Source: Candidatus Rokubacteria bacterium GWA2_73_35 (lineage in GTDB: Bacteria > Methylomirabilota > Methylomirabilia > Rokubacteriales > CSP1-6). From it: a DNA stretch of 37,688 bases. The stretch is taken from positions 1 to 37,688 of the forward strand of contig MGBU01000233.1 of the NCBI GenBank assembly GCA_001790205.1, given 5' to 3'. Position 1 is the first letter of the stretch. Every line of letters starts with the position of its first letter. Both the position numbers and the translations under genes were made by a program. A model generated the notes under the pieces. That model ran no database searches. It was not told the DNA's origin and saw nothing but the letters and a program-made list of their open reading frames with translations. Shown here one piece after another: positions 32,476-37,688 of the stretch.

Positions 32476-32831
32476 CGGTCGCCCTCGGGGTCGAGGTAGT
32501 CGTCCCAGAGGTCCACGTAGATCGCGTCGCGTGGCGAGGCGTCCGGCCCCCACAGATCGCGCGCGGCGAAGCGGACGCTGTAGACGTGCTGCGGCTTCCG
32601 CCCGAGCCCGGCGGCGTGCGTGTCGGGGAAGACGAACACGCCGTGGTCGCGGGCCACCACGCCGCGCCGCCCGCGCACGTAGCGCGGCAGCCGCGTGTGC
32701 CCGACGGGGTTGACGTTCTTCGCGATCACGCGGTCGCCCGGTGCGAACCTCGCCGCGAGGGGCTCGTGGACGCGCGCGCTCCCGCCCTTGAGGATCATGC
32801 GCCCGACGTCGGCGACCGCCAGCACGCGCAT
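32472..32831 (-). CDS. nitrile hydratase beta subunit, C-terminal half as a separate ORF
   Basis: ATG 32831 overlaps the upstream TGA by 1 nt. Reads RFAPGDRVIAKNVNPVGHTRLPRYVRGRRGVVARDHGVFVFPD...HVYSVRF. Confidence 0.85.
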   Translation of the reverse strand: MRVLAVADVGRMILKGGSARVHEPLAARFAPGDRVIAKNVNPVGHTRLPRYVRGRRGVVARDHGVFVFPDTHAAGLGRKPQHVYSVRFAARDLWGPDASPRDAIYVDLWDDYLDPEGDR

Positions 32832-33145
32832 CAGCGCGCCTCCCCCCGCCGCAGCACGGCCACGCGTGCCTCGAGCTCCTCGCGCGTCAGGAGACCGCGT
32901 TCGACCAGGAGGTGCTCGAGGCCCCAGAGCCAGTGCTCGTAGTAGCTCGCGGCCAGGTACCGGGCGGGCGGCATCTGCTCGCGGGCCCAGCGCGACATGT
33001 CGATGTTCCACTCGCCGAGGAAGCCCGCCGCGAGCGTGAGCGCGAACGCGCGCCGTTCCCACTCGGCGTGGAAGACCGGCTCGTCGGCCTCGGCGACGAC
33101 GGGCCCGAAGCCGTGCAGGCCGCCGAGGTCGTGCACGCCGTTCAC
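32831..33145 (-). CDS. nitrile hydratase beta subunit, N-terminal half as a separate ORF
   Basis: GTG 33145 forms a GTGA overlap with the alpha stop. Reads [16 protein letters not shown]...[18 protein letters not shown]...YYEHWL. Confidence 0.85.
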   Translation of the reverse strand: MNGVHDLGGLHGFGPVVAEADEPVFHAEWERRAFALTLAAGFLGEWNIDMSRWAREQMPPARYLAASYYEHWLWGLEHLLVERGLLTREELEARVAVLRRGEAR

Positions 33146-33777
33146 CGCGGCCTCCGCTCGGGCGCCTTCGGCCGGCCGACGCCGATCATCGAGTCGCGCG
33201 TGACGAGCGCCGCCAGCTCCTCCTCGCTCCGCCCCTCGGTGTCGGGCGGGCGCTCGGGCAGCACGAGGTAGCGCACCTCGGCGGTCGAGTCCCACACGCG
33301 GACCTCGACCTCGTCGCCCACGGCGACGCCGAACTCCCTCAGCACGCCGCGCGGGTCCAGGACCGCGCGCGACCGGTACGGGGGCGACTTGTACCAGACC
33401 GGCGGCAGGCCGAGCACGGGCCACGGGTAGCAGGAGCAGAGCGTGCACACCACCATGTTGTGCACGCGGGGCGTGTTCTCGAGGACGACCATGTCCTCGC
33501 CCTGCCGCCCGGTGAAGCCGAGCTCGGCGATCGCCGCGCTGGCGTTCTCGAGCAGGCGCTTGCGGTACGCGGGGTCCACCCAGGCGCGCGCGACCACCCT
33601 GGCGCCGTTGCGCGGCCCCACCCTGGCCTCGTAGAGGTCGATCAGCTCGTCGAGCGCCCGCGGGTCCACGAGCCCCTTCTCGGTCAGCAGGGACTCGAGC
33701 GCCTTGACGCGGAGCTCGGTCTCCCCGAGCGGCGCGGTGTACTCGACGTCGTGCTCGTGCTCGTGACCGCCGCTCAT
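33142..33777 (-). CDS. nthA: nitrile hydratase alpha subunit, cobalt-type metal site
   Basis: [10 protein letters not shown] metal-binding claw (Thr variant = Co type). Reads [10 protein letters not shown]...[19 protein letters not shown] 33777 shares ATGA with the upstream stop. Confidence 0.9.
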   Translation of the reverse strand: MSGGHEHEHDVEYTAPLGETELRVKALESLLTEKGLVDPRALDELIDLYEARVGPRNGARVVARAWVDPAYRKRLLENASAAIAELGFTGRQGEDMVVLENTPRVHNMVVCTLCSCYPWPVLGLPPVWYKSPPYRSRAVLDPRGVLREFGVAVGDEVEVRVWDSTAEVRYLVLPERPPDTEGRSEEELAALVTRDSMIGVGRPKAPERRPR

Positions 33778-36377
33778 CCGCTCTCTCCTCCGTAGATCCG
33801 CCGGTACTCGTCCCAGGCGAGGATCACGCGCTTCACGAAGTGGCGCGTCTCGTCGTACGGGATCTGCTCGACGAACGCCTCGACGTCGTCGGTCCGCCGC
33901 GCGCTCCACCACCGGCGCAGCCGCGCGGGCCCCGCGTTGTACGCCGCCAGCGCGAGCCGGGGGTCTCCGAATTCGCGCAGGAGGGCCGCGAGGAAGCGCG
34001 TGCCGAGCCTGAGGTTGACCGTCGGGTCCTCCAGGTCGCCCGTCCGCCCGAGGGGCCGGACCGTGGCCGGCATGAGCTGCATGAGGCCGCGGGCGCCCGC
34101 GGGCGAGACGGCTCCCGGATGATAGCTCGACTCCTCGCGCACGACCGCGGCCACGAGGTAGGGGTCGAGGCCGGCCGCCCGCGCCGCCTCGACCATCGCC
34201 TCCCGCCAGCCGAACGGGTAGAGCATCCGCCAGAACGCGGCTGGCAGCGCGGGGTCGCCGGTGGCGGCGGGCGCCGCGAACCAGCGCCGGAGGATCCTGA
34301 GCGCCAGGTGGTAGCGCTCCGCCTGCGCGTACGCGCCCGACAGACCGTAGAGCCGCACGAGATCGCCCGCCGCGCGCTGCACGACGTCCTCCGTCTCTTG
34401 CCACGCGGGCTCGGCGAGGCCGATCCGCCGCAGCAGCTCGATGCGCGCCCACCGCGGGTCGTTCGCGAGCGCCGCGGCCGGCTCCGCCGGCAGGCTGATC
34501 GACGCCCGTGCCGCCGGGCCGGCGGGCGCCGCGGCCCGCGCGGCGGCGAGCACGCCGTAGTAGCTCCGCGGCGCCGTGGCGAGCACCCGCGCGTAGGCGC
34601 GCGCCGCCTCCGCGGCCTCGCCGGTCTGCTCATGCGCGCGCGCCGCCCAGTAGAGCGCGGGCAGCCGCCACGCCGGCGCGGCGGCGCCCTCCGCGACCCG
34701 GTCCCAGCTCTGCGCGGCCTCGCGGCCGGCGCCCCCGAGGTAGGCGAGCCAGCCGAGGCGCCAGAGCGCGGCGCTGGCGGCGTCGCGGCCCGGCAGGCGC
34801 GCCGCCGCCGCGCGATAGGCGTCGGCAGCCTCCGCGCCGCGGTCGAGGTCCTCGAGCAAGCGCCCGCGCTCGTAGAGGGCGTCCGCCGCCTCGGCCGCGG
34901 CCCCGCCCGCGCCCACCTCGGCGTAGAGGCGGAGCGCCCGCGCCTGCTTGCCCGCGCGTGCGAGGAGGCGCGCCTGCTCGAGGCGCAGCGCGGGGCGCTC
35001 CGGGGCGGGCGCGCGCGCCAGCATCAGCTCGAGCGCCCGCGTCGCGAGGTCCCACCGGCGCAGGCGCCGGGCGCCGTCCACGACGATCCGGAGCGCGCGG
35101 AAGGCCAGGCCGCCCGTCCGCGTCTCGTCCACGATACGCTCGGCCTCGGTCGTGGCGGCGTCGGCAACCCCGCCGCGGAGCAGCCGTTCGGCGCGCTCCA
35201 GGCGCTCGGCGAGAGTGAGGGGCGGCAGCCGCACGCCGAGCCCGTCGAGCGCGCGCAGCCGGTCGCCGGCGCCGTCGGCCCAGTCGCTCGCCGGGGCCAG
35301 GAGGCGGAGCTGCCGGTACGTCCGTGCGGCCAGCTCGAGCCGGCCCTCGGCCTCGGCCGACGCGCCGAGGAGGTAGAGCGCCCCGGGAACCTCCGGCGCG
35401 TCGGGGTAGTCGCCGATCAGGCGCGCGAGCACGGGCTGCGCGGCGGCGTCGCGGCCGGCCCCGAAGTCGAGCGTCGCGGCGAGCAGCAGCGCCTGCGGCG
35501 CGAGCCGGCTCTCGCGCCAGCGGTCGCCGACGCTCAGGGCCAGCGCGCGCGCGCGGCTCGGCTCGCCACGCGTCGCGAGCGCCTGCGCCAGCGCGAAGCG
35601 CACGTGGTCGCCGATCGGGCTCGCGAGCGCCGCCTCGCGGCCGAACTCGCGGATGAGCGGGTCCGGGTCGCCGCCCTGCCACGCCGCGACCGCCGCCGCC
35701 CACGCGCGCTCGAGCTCGGGCGTGACCGCCCGCGGCGGGCCGGCCAGCGCCGGCGCCGCGCCGAGGAGCAGCGCCGCGGCCGCGAGGGCGGGGAGGACCG
35801 TCGTGCCGCGGGTCGCCCGCCGCGTGAACGCGATGCGCTGCAGCGCGGTGAGGTTCGAGAGGACCGCGAGCGTCCAGAGCGCCGGCTCGAGCAGGCCGAG
35901 GAGGGCGCCGGCGATCAGGCAGATCATCCGCTCGGGCCGCTCCATCATCCCCACGGTGCACGCGACGCCGATCGACTCCGCGCGCGCCTTCGTGTAACTC
36001 ACCATGATCGAGCCGATCAGGCTCACCATCGCGACGATCGCGCCGCGCGTGTGCGGCACCCGGACGAAGAGCACGACGATGCCCAGGAGCACCACGAGGT
36101 CCGAGTAGCGGTCGATGACCGAGTCGAGGAAGGCGCCGAACGCCGTCACCTGACCGGAGGCGCGCGCGAGCGAGCCGTCGAGGAAATCGCAGAGGCCCGC
36201 CACGATCAGCAGCAGGCCGCCCGCGCGGACGTGCGCGGCGGAGAACGCCGCTGCGGCCAGGCCGCTCACGCCGAGGCCGATGACCGTCAGGTGGTTCGGC
36301 CGGAGGCGGAGCCGGAACAGCGCGCGGCCGACGGGGTCGGTCCACGCGCGCACGGGTTCGCGATAGCGGCCGAGCAT
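33774..36377 (-). CDS. single 867-codon frame encoding a CDP-alcohol phosphatidyltransferase domain followed by a signal-like segment and a soluble lytic transglycosylase (Slt70-like)
   Basis: The N-terminal part has the motif [30 protein letters not shown], i.e. D-x2-DG-x2-AR-x8-G-x3-D-x3-D. Then comes [27 protein letters not shown], a helical repeat region, and the SLT domain ([32 protein letters not shown]). There is no stop and no ATG/GTG/TTG between the two parts. Confidence 0.7.
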   Translation of the reverse strand: MLGRYREPVRAWTDPVGRALFRLRLRPNHLTVIGLGVSGLAAAAFSAAHVRAGGLLLIVAGLCDFLDGSLARASGQVTAFGAFLDSVIDRYSDLVVLLGIVVLFVRVPHTRGAIVAMVSLIGSIMVSYTKARAESIGVACTVGMMERPERMICLIAGALLGLLEPALWTLAVLSNLTALQRIAFTRRATRGTTVLPALAAAALLLGAAPALAGPPRAVTPELERAWAAAVAAWQGGDPDPLIREFGREAALASPIGDHVRFALAQALATRGEPSRARALALSVGDRWRESRLAPQALLLAATLDFGAGRDAAAQPVLARLIGDYPDAPEVPGALYLLGASAEAEGRLELAARTYRQLRLLAPASDWADGAGDRLRALDGLGVRLPPLTLAERLERAERLLRGGVADAATTEAERIVDETRTGGLAFRALRIVVDGARRLRRWDLATRALELMLARAPAPERPALRLEQARLLARAGKQARALRLYAEVGAGGAAAEAADALYERGRLLEDLDRGAEAADAYRAAAARLPGRDAASAALWRLGWLAYLGGAGREAAQSWDRVAEGAAAPAWRLPALYWAARAHEQTGEAAEAARAYARVLATAPRSYYGVLAAARAAAPAGPAARASISLPAEPAAALANDPRWARIELLRRIGLAEPAWQETEDVVQRAAGDLVRLYGLSGAYAQAERYHLALRILRRWFAAPAATGDPALPAAFWRMLYPFGWREAMVEAARAAGLDPYLVAAVVREESSYHPGAVSPAGARGLMQLMPATVRPLGRTGDLEDPTVNLRLGTRFLAALLREFGDPRLALAAYNAGPARLRRWWSARRTDDVEAFVEQIPYDETRHFVKRVILAWDEYRRIYGGESG

Positions 36378-36379
36378 CG

Positions 36380-37159
36380 TCAGATGGGTTGCACCAGCGC
36401 CTCGGCGAGCGCCCCGCGCACGCGCGCGAGCGTCTCCGCGCCCTCGATCTTCCGGCCCTGCCGGTCGTGCACGTAGAAGGTGTCGAGCGCCTGGTCGATC
36501 TCCGTCGCGATGCGCGCGCTCGCGATGTCGAGATCGAGCGCGGACAGCGTGCGCGTGATCAGGTACAGGAGGCCGAGCCGATCGGGGCACTTGACCTCGA
36601 GCACGGTGGCCACGTCGGAGAGCTGGTTGTCGAGCGAGATCTTCGGCGGGCCGGCCGCGCCCGTCGCCGCGCGCCCCGCCGCCCGGCGCCGCTCGAGCAG
36701 CGTCTCGACGCGCTCCTCGCCGGTCAGCACCGCGCGCAGCGCCTCCAGCAGGCGCGTCCAGCTCGCGTGCGACGTCACGGTCTCGCCGAGCGGGTCGTTG
36801 ACCTGGAACGTGTCGATCGCGATCCCGTCGGCGCGCGTGTGGATCTGCGCCGAGATGATGTTGACCCCGTGGGCCGCGAGCGTCCCCGCGATGAGCGAGA
36901 AGAGGCCGGGCACGTCGCGGGTGACGACCACCAGGTCGGACGAGCCGAGGTCGGGGTGGTGGAACAGCCGGGTCACCACCGACGCGCCCTCGAGCCGCCG
37001 CAGCATCCGGAGGTGCTCGGCCATCCGCTGCACCCCCGTGGACGCGAGGTAGCGGTCGGTCACCATCGCGAGGTGCGCCTTCACCGCCTGCACCTCCACG
37101 TCCTCCCCCGCCGCCGCGTGCAGCCGGCCCGCGAGCTGCGTCCGGTTCGGCCGCGCCAC
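36380..37159 (-). CDS. glnD: [protein-PII] uridylyltransferase GlnD, 3' terminal part (two ACT domains), copy 1 of the duplicated block plus the unique end
   Basis: ACT-like segments SDLVVVTRDVPGLFSLIAGTLAAHGVNIISAQIHT and TVLEVKCPDRLGLLYLITRTLSALDLDIASARIAT. The apparent GTG start at 37159 is an internal Val of GlnD. Confidence 0.75.
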   Translation of the reverse strand: MARPNRTQLAGRLHAAAGEDVEVQAVKAHLAMVTDRYLASTGVQRMAEHLRMLRRLEGASVVTRLFHHPDLGSSDLVVVTRDVPGLFSLIAGTLAAHGVNIISAQIHTRADGIAIDTFQVNDPLGETVTSHASWTRLLEALRAVLTGEERVETLLERRRAAGRAATGAAGPPKISLDNQLSDVATVLEVKCPDRLGLLYLITRTLSALDLDIASARIATEIDQALDTFYVHDRQGRKIEGAETLARVRGALAEALVQPI

Positions 37160-37660
37160 GCGCCGCGCGCCCCGCCGCCCGGCGCCGCTCGAGCAGCGTC
37201 TCGACGCGCTCCTCGCCGGTCAGCACCGCGCGCAGCGCCTCCAGCAGGCGCGTCCAGCTCGCGTGCGACGTCACGGTCTCGCCGAGCGGGTCGTTGACCT
37301 GGAACGTGTCGATCGCGATCCCGTCGGCGCGCGTGTGGATCTGCGCCGAGATGATGTTGACCCCGTGGGCCGCGAGCGTCCCCGCGATGAGCGAGAAGAG
37401 GCCGGGCACGTCGCGGGTGACGACCACCAGGTCGGACGAGCCGAGGTCGGGGTGGTGGAACAGCCGGGTCACCACCGACGCGCCCTCGAGCCGCCGCAGC
37501 ATCCGGAGGTGCTCGGCCATCCGCTGCACCCCCGTGGACGCGAGGTAGCGGTCGGTCACCATCGCGAGGTGCGCCTTCACCGCCTGCACCTCCACGTCCT
37601 CCCCCGCCGCCGCGTGCAGCCGGCCCGCGAGCTGCGTCCGGTTCGGCCGCGCCACGCGCC
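36665..37660. repeat. perfect tandem duplication, period 496 bp (36665-37160 = 37161-37656) with 4-bp junction microhomology CGCC
   Basis: Both junctions were compared base by base and internal stretches were spot-checked. Translations of both strands are identical in the two copies (for example track ORF 37294..37548 equals part of 36480..37052). Confidence 0.9.
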
Positions 37661-37688
37661 CGCCGGTGAGCCGCGCCAGCGCGCGCGC
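37161..37688 (-). CDS. glnD: GlnD internal segment continuing from beyond the window (copy 2 of the duplicated block); out of frame with the 36380..37159 part
   Basis: The frame is open to nt 37688 (…RALARLTGGRVARPNRTQLAG…). It repeats the protein sequence of 36665-37159 exactly, then shifts frame at the duplication junction. Confidence 0.6.

Noticed and set aside
33774-37655. The 1293-aa minus-strand ORF, which looks like one giant protein
   Set aside because: It is a chimera of the GlnD segment (copy 2 of the duplication), about 260 codons of Arg/Gly/Ala/Pro-rich out-of-frame read-through over copy 1 and the glnD 3' end, and the genuine PT-Slt frame that starts at ATG 36377.

Overview
Very GC-rich bacterial chromosomal window. 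I saw no rRNA, tRNA, transposase or integrase. All protein calls come from motif recognition by eye in the supplied translations plus my own translations; nothing was searched against a database.

Block 1 (1-13.1 kb) holds housekeeping and metabolic genes: a histidine phosphatase fragment, murB, a Sir2 deacylase, an AhpD-like gene with an in-frame TGA at the redox cysteine position (candidate selenoprotein), nitroreductase, an AtzE-like amidase with a small AtzG-like partner, two crotonases, a YbaK-type deacylase, a thioredoxin-like protein, a DUF4143 AAA ATPase, a GlcG-like protein, a DctP-like binding protein, an LLM oxidoreductase and an MBL hydrolase.

Block 2 (13.2-32.0 kb) is a complete type I-B-like (Cst/Tneap-flavoured) CRISPR-Cas locus on the minus strand. 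It has a 37-repeat array, a leader, and the genes WYL regulator-cas6-[SEC-C protein, nucleotidyltransferase, UPF0158 fusion]-cas8b-cas7-cas5-cas3, followed by cas1-cas2-cas4. A DUF2283 gene, a second DUF4143 ATPase and an MNT-HEPN pair sit between cas3 and cas1.

The most interesting signals in block 2 are:
- three non-cas genes translationally coupled inside the Cascade operon;
- a 37/38/37-nt repeat-spacer-repeat-like unit inside the 3' end of cas5;
- a frame-broken HEPN gene whose stop overlaps the cas1 start.

Block 3 (32.1-37.7 kb) holds a three-subunit (split beta) Co-type nitrile hydratase operon, a CDP-alcohol phosphatidyltransferase fused in frame to a lytic transglycosylase, and the 3' part of glnD carrying a perfect 496-bp tandem duplication that breaks its frame.

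Many long ORFs in the supplied track are Arg/Ala/Gly/Pro-rich shadow frames of this GC-rich DNA, or translations of the CRISPR repeat. These were rejected.
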